From assembly GCF_030144855.1 (NCBI RefSeq), contig NC_082729.1, positions 23,002,001 through 23,066,000 of the forward strand: 64,000 nt of DNA, in the 5' to 3' direction. Made by a program: the position numbers and the translations under genes. This DNA comes from Hypanus sabinus. Lineage: Eukaryota. The notes beneath the pieces were generated by a model that made no database searches, was not told the origin of the DNA, and saw nothing but the letters and a program-made list of their open reading frames with translations. This document shows, in pieces, positions 11,131-21,641 of the stretch (positions within the stretch are counted from its first letter, which is position 1; the number at the start of each line of letters is the position of its first letter).

Positions 11131-11904
11131 TGTCTATTGTCTATTTGTAGTGCAGTAATTGTGTTTGCCACTGTTTTGTATATATTGTACAGCACCGATT
11201 TTTGTAATAAAGGATTTTGCAAAAAAAAAGGAGTCAGACACAGAGTATAAAAATTGTTTTTACTCTGTCTTCTGTCTGCCTGTTTTGTTCCCCGTCTGGA
11301 TAAAACCTGCCAGCCCCTCTCCTCGCCCTACAGAAATAAACTCATTTTGCAGGATTGGTGGTGAGGAGGGAGGGAGTGCTCCCCCCCCCCCCCCCACCTT
11401 GTCGAGCAGGCGGACGTGGGCTTTCTCCGTGCTCAACAATTCACAATCTAGTACAGTACTCCCGACTGTCCGGGGGGCGGCGGGGGGCAGAAGGAGGAGA
11501 GATAGTGGGGAGAAGACAGGGGAGAGAAATGGCAGTTGAAGTTTAATCCAGATGAACATGAGGCATTTTAAAAAAAAGGATCCAGTGATTTCACAGTGTA
11601 TACGATGAATAAACTCTCCTCGGGCTTCCAGCCGGGCACAGGAATTGATTTTAACTGATGTTTGGATTGCAAACTCTGGATGAAGTCAGGCGTTTAACTT
11701 TGCAGGATGAAAAGTTCGGGGAAAGTATCCAGTAAATGGCAGGAATGTAAGGAGCGCTGATGAACAATAGGAGGATGTTGGGGTCAAGTTCACAGCTCCC
11801 TGAAAGTGGTCACATGAGTAGATAGACTGATAACAGAGAACAGTAGAGCACAGGAATGGGCCATTCGGCCCACAATGCTGTGCTGATCCAGCTAAATCAA
11901 ACCC

Positions 11905-12460
11905 TTCCAAATAAACTAATCCCTTTTACCTTCTCTATGTCTATATCCCTCTCTCTCCTAACATCCACGTGCTTATCCAAACGTTTCTTAAAAGCCTCTA
12001 ATGCATTTGCCACGACCACCAGAACAGGCAGCACATTCCGGGCATCAACCACTCCCTGAGTAAAAAACTTACCCCTCACATCCTCTTTGAACCTATCCCC
12101 TCTCACTTTCAATGCATGCCCTCTGGTAGACATTTCTACCCTGGGAAAAAGATACTCCCTGTCTATTCTATCTATGAGTCTCATAATCTTATAAACCTCA
12201 ATCAAATCTCCCCTGAGCCTCTGCCGCTCCAACGAAAACACTCCACGTTTGTCCAGCTTCTCCCGATAGCACATGCCCTCTAAACCAGGCAGCATCCTGG
12301 TAAAGCTCTTCTGCTCCCTCTCCAAAGCTCAGCATCCTTTGCCGGGTGACCAGGACTGCATGCATTACTCCAGATGTGGCCTAACCTGACTTTTATAAAC
12401 TCGTATCTCAACCTCTTGAACTCAGTCCGCTGTGAACTAAAAGCAAACATCCCATAAGCC
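11905..12460 (-). mobile_element. CR1 LINE 3' fragment
   Basis: FTRMLPGLEG..RLRGDLIEVYKIM..TRGHALK..FFTQ; paralogous copies at ~28322-28545 (-), 51130-51382 (-) and 53600-54160 (+). Confidence 0.85.
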
Positions 12461-12812
12461 ACATTTCTTATCTTCCCAACAATCTGCTGCCTCGACACCC
12501 CGCACTATGGATCTCAATCAATGTAAATTAACGCCGCAATATAGATTCAAACCCAGAGAAACGACCGCGCCTGGCCCCAGTCGGAAGCCCCTCGGACCTT
12601 GAACCGATACGTCTTTCCCTCGCAGTTTATTCATGTGAAGGCAGCATCGGTGGGGCCCCGCACTCCCCACACATCGTGAATCAGCTGAGGATATCCATCA
12701 GCTACACCTTTTTTAATCAACTCATAGAAGCGCTCATAGAATCTGAGCAGCAAAACCGCTTGTTCGTATCGATGCTGTGTGATCAGTTCCCCCGTTATGA
12801 GTCAGTACCATG

Positions 12813-13850
12813 AAAGATTGGTAAGATTGTTGATGACACAAAGGTTGGGGCTGTTGTGGTTAGTCCGGAGGGTTGACAGAGGCTACAGCTCGACATCAAC
12901 AGGATGCAGAACTGGGTTGAGAAGTGGCAAACGGAGTTCAGCCCAGACAAGTGTGAAATGATTCATACCAGTCGGTCAAACTTGAAGAGAGAACATAATA
13001 TTAACAGTAAGTGTGCAGAATCAGTGAGATCTTGGGGTCCATGTCCCTAGGACACTCAAAGCTGCTGTGCGGGTTGACAATGTTGTTCAGAAGGCGTATG
13101 GTGGGTTGGCCTTCATCAACTGTGGAATGAAGATCAACAGCCACAAGGTAATGTTACATCTATATGTAATACTCTGGGAAAGGTTTCACTGCTAATGTAG
13201 TGGTTGTTCTGTAGCAGCAGTGTTTGGGTCATGAGATAGAGATAACAGGAGCTTTTGAATATGCACTACCCGAAGAAGGGAGTGTTTTTTCTTGTTGTGT
13301 GCCTGAGAACAAGGTGATCCGAGTCTTTTGTTTGGCCAAAGATGAAGAGAGAATTTGCCTGAAAGGAGAAGTTGTAGCCAGCAGGATGGAGTGGACTTGG
13401 AGTTGAGAAAGTCCGGGGAGATTGATGGAGGACCAATGGCAGGAAAACCGTGAGCTCCAACTTGTGCACATTAGAGAGTTTCATTAAAATGGGCCGTTTT
13501 CTTTTTGTTTTCTTACTGACCCTTTAGTCAAATTAAGAATTATGAAGCTAACTCGTTTAATTCCATATGGTGTACTGTCAGTTATTTCGTTGTTCTGGCT
13601 CGTAATGGGGTAACGGATCAAACAGCATCCACACCATTTGCTCCTCAGATTCAACCCGTTTGTGGGCCAGGGACTGTCTTCCCTAGGCTAACACCGCCGG
13701 CCGAACCTGAGGGTGACATATATAACACCTTGGTCAGACCCCACTTGGAGTACTGTGCTCAGTTCTGGTCACAGGAAGGTTGTGGTTTCTATAGAGAGAG
13801 TGCAGAGGAGATTCACAAGGATGTTGCCTGGATTGGGGAGCGTGCCTTAC
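12813..13850 (+). mobile_element. CR1 LINE fragment interrupted by a solo LTR
   Basis: Degenerate CR1 RT C-terminal sequence ending ..VMLHLY, resuming after the LTR as NTLVRPHLEYCAQFWS. Confidence 0.8.
13165..13718. mobile_element. Solo LTR (554 bp, TGT...ACA, TATA target duplication)
   Basis: TATA|TGTAAT...GTGACA|TATA; removing it restores the CR1 frame. A 4-bp TSD is compatible with a Gypsy-type or ERV1-type LTR. Orientation unknown. Confidence 0.75.
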
Positions 13851-13966
13851 GGAATGGGGGAGACATCGTAGAGGGATATCTGTGCCGAGCAAACTGCTGA
13901 ATTCAGCTGAATCCTTTCTGTACGTGACCCCTATCCCACCATTCCCTGCACGATCATGTGTCTCCA

Positions 13967-14470
13967 TACACTCAGTGGCAACTTTATTCGATCCCTCCTG
14001 TACTGAATAAACCGGCCACTGAGTGTATGCTTGTGATCTGCTGCTCTGTCCCGTCCACTTCAAGGTTTGACGTGTTGTGGTCTCTGTGGTAACGAGTGGA
14101 TATTGGAGATACTGCCACCTTCCTGACAGCTTTAGCCAGTCTGGCCATTCTCCTCTGATCTCTCTCATTAACAAGGCTTTTTCTCCCACTCAACTCAATG
14201 GGTGTTTTTCATTTGTTTTTGCACCATTCTCTGTAAACTCCACAGACCGATGTGTCTGAAAATCCCAGGAAATCAGCAGTTTCTGTGATACTCAGACCAC
14301 CCCATCTGGCACCAATAATGCATCCTACAGTCAAAGTCACTTCGATCACATTTCCTCCCACATTCCCGTGTTTGGTCTGAACATCTTGACCATGTCTTCG
14401 TGCTTTTATGCACTGGGTTGCTGCCTCGTGATTGGCTGATTAGATACTTGCACTAACGAAGAGTCCACTG
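13967..14470 (-). mobile_element. Tc1-family deletion derivative plus 61-bp TIR hairpin
   Basis: GRKSLVNERDQRRMARL..ISTRY resembles a Tc1 transposase N-terminus; TACACTCAGTGGC...GCCACTGAGTGTA at 13967-14027; copies at ~48945-49317 and 57166-57660. Confidence 0.7.
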
Positions 14471-14489
14471 TGTGTAGAAGTCTCGAGTG

Positions 14490-14745
14490 TCATGGTTAGC
14501 ACATTTCTGGATACCCCGGTTCAATTCTAGCCGCTGCCAGTACGGAGCTTGTACTTTCACCCTGTAACCGTGTGTGTTTCCTCCGGGTGATCCGGTTTCA
14601 TCCCATGATCCAAAGACGTACAGCTTGGTAGGGTAATTGGCTACTATAAACTATCCTGGGATTCGGCAGGTTTAGATCAGGTGATCACTGGGGGGGTGTG
14701 GCACGAAGGACTGGAAGAGTCTAATCTGCTCTGTAACTCAATAAA
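14490..14745 (+). mobile_element. tRNA-derived V-SINE (HE1-like)
   Basis: B-box-like GGTTCAATTC and V-domain-like TTTCCTCCGGGTG.TCCGGTTTC.TCCCA..TCCAAAGAC; copies at ~32680-32935 and 57690-57945. Confidence 0.7.
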
Positions 14746-15945
14746 TTCATTAATTAAACAGGCCGGTGCTTCCACTACCACCTCCACCCATGGCAGCCCA
14801 CTTCTGGCACCCAGCACGTCTCCTTTAAACTTTCCTTCCTCTCCCCCTGAAACGAAGCCCTCTTCCCGGGGGCGGGAGGAGAAACTGATCGTCACTGTCC
14901 ATCCCATCCATGCCCCCATGATTTTATAATCTTCCAGCAGTTCTCCCCTCAGTCCCCGGAGAAGACGATCAAGTTTTGTCCACCCTCCCCATACAGATCA
15001 TATGACCACCCACCACCTGCTCCCACGGTCTCACGTGACCCTGATTGCAGGGTCTGCAACTTGCCCAAGGGTGACCTGCAGGCTGGTGGTGGAAAGGGGA
15101 ACCTTACATCTCCTTTAGTAGAGATGTATCTCCACCCCACCACCCTAGGCACTATGGAAATAGATAAGCAGTCATGTTTATTCATTTGCATAGATGAATA
15201 AAGATATCTTTTACTCATTTTATTAATAATTTTATTTCCTGATTTTATTTTTAATGAATAAACAGTCCTGGTGAAGGGTCCTGTCCAGAAACGTTGTCCA
15301 GCCCACAGCTGCAGTATAGTGTCCAGTTCTGGTCTCCACACTACAGGAAGGAGGTGACTGCACTGGAGAGGGTGCAGAGGAGATTCCCCAGAACGTTGCC
15401 CGGGACGGAGTGTTTCAGTTATGAGGAGAGACTGGAGAGGCAATGTCTGTTCTCCCTGGAGTGGGGCAGGCTGAGGGGGGATCTGATGGAGGGGGCAGGC
15501 GTGGGGGCAAAAGTCACAGTGCGATAGAACTGTCGTGTCTGGTCGCCATGGAAATGAGGAAGCCGGGCCCAGGAGGCAGTGAACCAACTTGGTCTGAACT
15601 CACGCAGAGGGTCCTTTGAGCTGGGGCAAGTTTTTTTCTGATCAGACGCTATCTGGCAACTACGGGGAAATATTCAGTTAGTTGCTCAGGGGTTGAACAG
15701 ATCACAGGCAAATCGGTGGTGGGGGGCGGGGTTCAGTGGGTGGCTTTCAGCCGAGGATTTTGGTTCACTAGGCCTTGAACAGTAGGCCTTGTAGGATTGG
15801 GACAATGGTAGGCAGAGCGCTGGCGGTGGGGGGGGGGGAACGGGTGCTATCATGGTGGGAGGTGACACAGGGCAAGATGGGGTAAGGGGTATCAATGGCA
15901 GGACGGAGCGAGGAGCAGCATTGGCGGGACATAGAGGGAGAGCCT

Positions 15946-16983
15946 TCACACACTGGCATCTATACTGGAGATGGTCTTGATGTGAGTGCTGCCGGCTGAC
16001 TCCGTCCGCTCCTCAACAAAGGCCAAACGGAGCGAGGTGGACAGGGAACGCCGGAAAACCTGGCGGAAGTTGCGGCCGGCAAAGACATAGAGGATGGGGT
16101 TCAGGGCGCTGTTGAAGGAGGCTAGGCCCACGGAGAAGCTATCCCAGACCCAGGCCGCCGGATGTTTGGAGAAAGCCTGAGCTAGGCCGCAGATGTGGTA
16201 TGGGAGCCAGCAGAGGAAAAAGGCGGCAACTACAACAGCAATGAGGCGGACAGGCTTCCTGGTCTTGCTGGACTTGGCGAACTTGCCCCTCTGCAGCTTC
16301 TGGCCAATCAGGAGGTAGCAGAATGCCATGATGAGGAAGGGGAAGATGAAGGCAAAGAGGGCCCGTGTCACCTCCACCACCTCCCTGCTCCGGTCTCCAA
16401 AATAAGTCCCAGTGTAGTTCAAGGTGCAGTAAGTAAAGCCGAACTCAGGGTCTATGTACACCTTCCGTGTCAGCAGAGTGGGCAGGCACATGAGGAAGGC
16501 GAGGCCCCAGGCCACAAGGCAGGCCGCACGCACCCAAGACAGGGACCGGTGAGTCTGGGACCAAACGGGCCTAGTGACGGCCAGGCAGCGGTCAACGCTG
16601 ATCATGGTCAATAGGAAGACACTGGCGTACATGTTGAGGACGATGGCCGAGGGAATGAGCTTACAGAGGACGTTGTCTGTGGGCCAGGAGTTTCCCAGGG
16701 CAACGTTAGCCATCTGGAAGGGGAGGCTGAGGCAGTAGGTCAGGTCTGCCACAGCCAGGTTCAGGAACCACACCGTGTTGACGCTCCGCTTCATCTTGAA
16801 GCCTGTCACCCAGATGACGGCCCCGTTGCCAGGGGCGCCCAACAGGAAAGTGAGGGCGTAGACAAAGATGGACAAGATGGAGGCTGCAGGCTGTTGGGTC
16901 CCAGAATCCTCAGGTAAGTTCTCATAGGTGTAGTTTCCAAATAAAGAAATGTTGTCGTAGTAATCATCTCCAGAATACATCAT
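15946..16983 (-). CDS. Chemoattractant GPCR, C3aR/C5aR/CMKLR1-like, copy 2 (intact, 345 aa)
   Basis: Complete 7TM ORF MMYSGDDYY...TISSIDASV*; intron 16991-18695 has canonical GT-AG. Confidence 0.92.
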   Translation of the reverse strand: MMYSGDDYYDNISLFGNYTYENLPEDSGTQQPAASILSIFVYALTFLLGAPGNGAVIWVTGFKMKRSVNTVWFLNLAVADLTYCLSLPFQMANVALGNSWPTDNVLCKLIPSAIVLNMYASVFLLTMISVDRCLAVTRPVWSQTHRSLSWVRAACLVAWGLAFLMCLPTLLTRKVYIDPEFGFTYCTLNYTGTYFGDRSREVVEVTRALFAFIFPFLIMAFCYLLIGQKLQRGKFAKSSKTRKPVRLIAVVVAAFFLCWLPYHICGLAQAFSKHPAAWVWDSFSVGLASFNSALNPILYVFAGRNFRQVFRRSLSTSLRLAFVEERTESAGSTHIKTISSIDASV

Positions 16984-19092
16984 GCTGAGCCTGGAGGGGA
17001 AGATATTGTGGAGGTAAGAGAGGTTGGGAATGGAGGGAGCGGACAAAAAGAGGGAAGTAGAGAGGTGGGTGAGGGAAAGAGGAAGCAGGGAGAGATAGGG
17101 AGGGAAAAGAGGGAAGATTGGGTCAAAAGGAGAGGAGTGTGGGAGAGGAGACATAGGTGAAGATGATGGAGGAAGAAACCGGAGTGAAGGGAAAAAGGGA
17201 GGGGGAGGGAGTGAACAACAGAGGAGGAACTGAAACTCGGGGATCAGGAGGTGCAAAGGGAAGAGAAATGGATGGGTAAGGGGAGGATGCTGGGTGCTGA
17301 AAAGCGGAAGGAGGGGCCGAGGAGACAGGGAAAGGAGGACAGGTGAAGATTAGTCGAAGATAACTGGTGGATTGAAGAATAAGGACAGGTAGAGAGAAGT
17401 GAAGAGGAGAGAAATGGGAGAGGGAGTAAACAAGGTGAGAGGAGGAGGGAAGGGAAGGGAAGAGGGAGTCTTAAGAGAAATGGTGAACAGGGAAGGGAAT
17501 GGGAAGAGTGAAGGGGAGGGGGAAGAGGAGAGAGGAGAAGGGGAGGGGATGAGGGATGGGGAGGAAGAACATGAAAGAGAGAAGGATGAGTAATGGGGAG
17601 GGTGAAGGAGAGGGAATGAGGAGCAGGAAGAAAGAGGGGAGCAGGGGAAGGGAAGAGGTGGGAAAGGAAGAGGAGAAAGGGGAGGGGATGGGTAGACAAG
17701 AGGAAGGGGTGTAGGAGAAAGGGGAGAGGAGGAGGAGGTGGGAAGGGGAGGATGTGGGAGGAAGAGGGAAAGGGCACAGGAGGGTGGGTAAGAGGGAGGA
17801 AGAGGGAGGGGAATGAGGAGAAGGGGTGGATGAGGAAGGAAGAGGAGGAGGAGGAGGAGGAGGAGGAGGGAGGGGGAGAAGGAGAAAAGGGGAGGAGGAG
17901 GAATGGGAAGGAGAAGGAGAGGAGGAGGGATGGGGAGGGGAGGAGGAGGGATGGGGAGAAGGAGGAGGAGGAAATGTGGAACCATTGTGTAGGAAACGGA
18001 AGGCTGAAGGGAAGGAGGGAGGGGATAGAGATGGGGTGTGAGGAAGGGAGGTTGCAGAACGTGGCAGGGACAAGCAAAGAGAAAGGGGACAGAGGATGTG
18101 AAGTGAAGTGGGGGAAGGGTTGAATGCAGGAACGCTTGAAATAATGAGGGAAAGAGAGGAAGTTGGGTGGCAAAGAGTGGAGGGGGCAGGGGAAGAGATG
18201 GAGAGGAGGGAAGAACAAGAAAGGGTGGGGTGAAGGTTTGAAGGGGGTGGGAAGGAGAGGGGCCTAGATGGAGAGAGGAGGGTTGCAGGGAAAAGAGAGA
18301 GAGGATGGAGGTCACGTCCATCTCCTGCCTCACTGCCCCTCCTGCACCACGGTGCTCACTCCTCACGAGCCCTCACACACCGCATTGGTTCTCCTCCCTG
18401 ACAACCCCGCCCCGCCTCCAGCCCCACAGCAGAGACGGGAAATGGACGGGGAAGGGGAAGAAAGTGGCCTTCAGTGTGACACTCCCTCCTCACCTCCTCA
18501 CCCTCAGCACGGCACTCCCTCCTCACCTCCTCACCCTCAGCACGGCACTCCCTGCTCACTGAAATGAACGCAGTGCACTTCACCATCCTCACCTCCCCCA
18601 CACCACACCACCTCCTCTCCCCGCCATTCATCATCCACTGCCGGCCGCTAGGGACCACAGCTCCTGCATTCCTTCCTGGGCCCCCGCCGACTCACCTTGG
18701 AGCCTGCTCTCCCTCTCGATGAAGTTCAGCCTCCCCGGAATCTCTGGCTCACTCCGTCCCCCCGGGCAGCTCGGGAGAGTTGGACTCAGATCCCAAACTG
18801 CTGCGACCACAGCAACCAATGCTGAAGATGAACTGTGCAGAAACGAACGGAAGGGCTGTCCGCAGCCCCGGTAGAGCAGGGAAGGGAGAATAGGACGCTG
18901 GTCCGGGAGCAGTCCGGAGAGTGGAGCGGGTCCCGTCTGAGGCTGAAAATCACATCAGTATGATTTTATCACTTATTTTCATCTCTGGTGTCCGGTTTAA
19001 CAGCTCAGTTCCTCAAACTGAATCAGATGGGGATGGCAAAGCGTTAAAGAGAAACCACAGGAGTTCCTGAATCAGAGAAAAAAGAGTAAACA

Positions 19093-20188
19093 TCCCATCA
19101 CACACTCCCGAGGTCAGACACAGAGTGAATCTCCCTCCACACCGTCCCATCACACACTCCCGGGGTCAGACACAGAGTGAAGCTCCCTCCACACTGTCCC
19201 ATCACACACTCCCGGGGTCAGACACAGAGTGAAGCTCCCTCCACACCGTCCCATCACACACTCCCGGGGTCAGACACAGAGTGAAACTCCCTCCACACTG
19301 TCCCATCACACACTCCCGGGGTCAGACACAGAGTGAAGCTCCCTCCACACTGTCCCATCACACACTCCCGGGGTCAGACACAGAGTGAAGCTCCCTCCAC
19401 AACGTCCCATCACACACTCCCGGGGTCAGACACAGAGTGAAGCTCCCTCCACACTGTCCCATCACACACTCTCGGGGTCAGACACAGAGTGAAACTCCCT
19501 CCACACCGTCCCATCGCACACTCCCGGGGTCAGACACAGGGTGAAGTTCCCTCCACACCATCCCATCACACACTCCCTGGGTCAGACACAGAGTGAAACT
19601 CCCTCCACACCGTCCCATCACACACTCCCGGGGTCAGACACAGAGTGAAGCTCCCTCCACACCGTCCCATCACACACTCCCGGGGTCAGACACAGAGTGA
19701 AGCTCCCTCCACACTGTCCCATCACACACTCTCGGGGTCAGACACAGAGTGAAACTCCCTCCACACCGTCCCATCGCACACTCCCGGGGTCAGACACAGG
19801 GTGAAGTTCCCTCCACACCATCCCATCACACACTCCCTGGGTCAGACACAGAGTGAAACTCCCTCCACACCGTCCCATCACACACTCCCGGGGTCAGACA
19901 CAGAGTGAAACTCCCTCCACACTGTCCCATCACACACTCCCGGGGTCAGACACAGAGTGAAGCTCCCTCCACACCGTCCCATCACACACTCTCGGGGTCA
20001 GACACAGAGTGAAACTCCCTCCACACCGTCCCATCGCACACTCCCGGGGTCAGACACAGGGTGAAGTTCCCTCCACACCATCCCATCACACACTCCCTGG
20101 GTCAGACACAGAGTGAAGCTCCCTCCACACCGTCCCATCACACACTCCCGGGGTCAGACACAGAGTGAAGCTCCCTCCACACCGTCCC
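19093..20188 (+). repeat. 52-bp satellite array A2 (~21 units)
   Basis: Same unit as A1, directly upstream of copy 2. Confidence 0.97.
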
Positions 20189-20619
20189 GTCACTGTCTTT
20201 GCTCCCACTCCCCACAATCCATCTGCCCTTTCCTGGGCCGTGGGCTTGTTTTCAAAGCGATCGTTTCTCTTTTTTGCCTCCAAAGTGCTCCCGACTTCTG
20301 CTTTAATTTTACTGGTACAGTGTTTGTGGCAAACAATGTTCATAACACAATGTTTATATTAGGATAGAGGATGAAGATGAAATAAATAAAATATAAATTC
20401 AAAAGATTCAAAGTACATTTATCATCAAAGGCTGAATAAATTATAAAACCTGGAGATTTGTTTGCTTCCAGGAAGCTGCAAGGGAAGGAACTCGAAAGAA
20501 CCCAATTAAAATATAAAACCCACCCCCAATGGGCACAGAGAGAAGGGGTGGGGGGGACCTTGCAAACAATGGAAGCGAGCATTCCAAAACAGATTCAATC
20601 CTTGGATCCAAATTCCCGG

Positions 20620-21596
20620 CCACCCGGATGACCCAGAACCCTCCGGATCAGCTGATCATTTCAGCGGGACAAGTTGCCGAGAAGTTCGCCTCCCCCTCCC
20701 TCCCACTCTCCCCTCGCTCTCTCCCTCCCCCTCTCAGCCTGTCTCCCGTCACCCTGACATACCGGCAGCGGCCAGGACAGGAAACACGAGCGGAGGGAGC
20801 TGAAGCTGACAACACTGACGGGAGAGGAATTCACGGTCAGGTGTCTTTGCGGGAAAGCCTGCAGAAACATCAGAGGGCTCAAGATACAGCAGAGCAGGTC
20901 TGGATGTGGATCAGTGTGACCCGAAGTGCAGCGCACGGCCTCAGTATCCGGTGAGACGAAGGGGAATGTCGGCCCGGAAGCCCCCCGCAGAGCTGAAGAT
21001 CTCTCCGCCCTTGAGTCACCTCAGCACCCAACAACAGACCAAGTGAGTTCCCCCTCGGCTACCCCAATCCATTCATCAAGGAAAGGCAGGATCAAACGGC
21101 CGAGATGGTCAGACAACGGCGCCTGGATGCAGCTCGACGCTGATCTGGACGGCATCCTGGAAGAAGCCTTTGCAGGTGAAGTACAGAGAAAGATCGAGAA
21201 ACACGCAGGGCCTTGTTAAGCTTGAGAGATTCCGGTGACGACCTGGTCGAGCAATCGGGCGTTACAACCAGATCTGGACGCAAGTGGGCACCCAGCGCAG
21301 CAGGAGGGCAGGCGGTGTTTTCTCTGAAGCTGCGGGATATCATCGGTAGCCCCCGCGACGGGCGGCAAGGCCTCGGCTCAGTTCACTTCCAGCAGCCGGG
21401 AGACGCAAGCATGAGGAACAGGCGAGACATGGTACAGGCAGGAGTACGGATCCGTGAGGAAGACAAGCGGATGTCAAAGGCAGCGGAACAAGAGTCCCAG
21501 GGTGCTCGGACAAAATGGGATCTGCCCGAGCGCAAGATCTCCTAGGGAGGGTAATAGAGACTGGAGCCCTTCCGTATTTCCTTCCTCTTGCGATCG
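20620..21596 (+). mobile_element. HERO-like (R2 group) non-LTR retrotransposon remnant with RT domain deleted
   Basis: VRCLCGKACRNIRGLKIQQSRSGC (zinc-finger-like) and RIKRPRWSDNGAWMQLDADLDGIL, then a jump at ~21203 to LSLRDSGD..RSGRKW..GRQGLG..QGARTKW..EPFRISFLLRS. These match my recollection of HERO N-terminal and post-RT regions. Confidence 0.65.
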
Positions 21597-21641
21597 GGGC
21601 TTGTTTTCAAAGCGATCGTTTCTCAATTTTGCCCACAAATT

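Larger units (their letters stand above)
6105..11229 (+). mobile_element. Tx1-clade (L1 group) non-LTR retrotransposon, near full length, internally deleted, inserted in the 52-bp satellite
   Basis: 5' UTR, CCHC-knuckle ORF1, RT ORF2, C-terminal Cys/His motif, AATAAA and poly(A) at 11221-11229. Flanked by GGGGTCAGACACAGAGT (6082-6098) and GGAGTCAGACACAGAGT (11230-11246). Confidence 0.9.

Noticed and set aside
11250-11540. Unassigned GC-rich stretch after the Tx1 tail (and 12480-12760)
   Set aside because: No recognisable ORF, RNA gene or repeat by eye; nothing supportable.
15946-16983. Assigning the symbol C3AR1 or C5AR1
   Set aside because: Mixed features (DRC, short ECL2, acidic Tyr-rich N-terminus); orthology cannot be fixed without a phylogeny.
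19093-20188. RSS-like CACAGAG and switch-like GAGCT/GGGGT motifs in the 52-bp unit
   Set aside because: No nonamer at 12/23 spacing, no V/J or constant exons, only one AGCT per unit, and the two pentamers lie on opposite strands.
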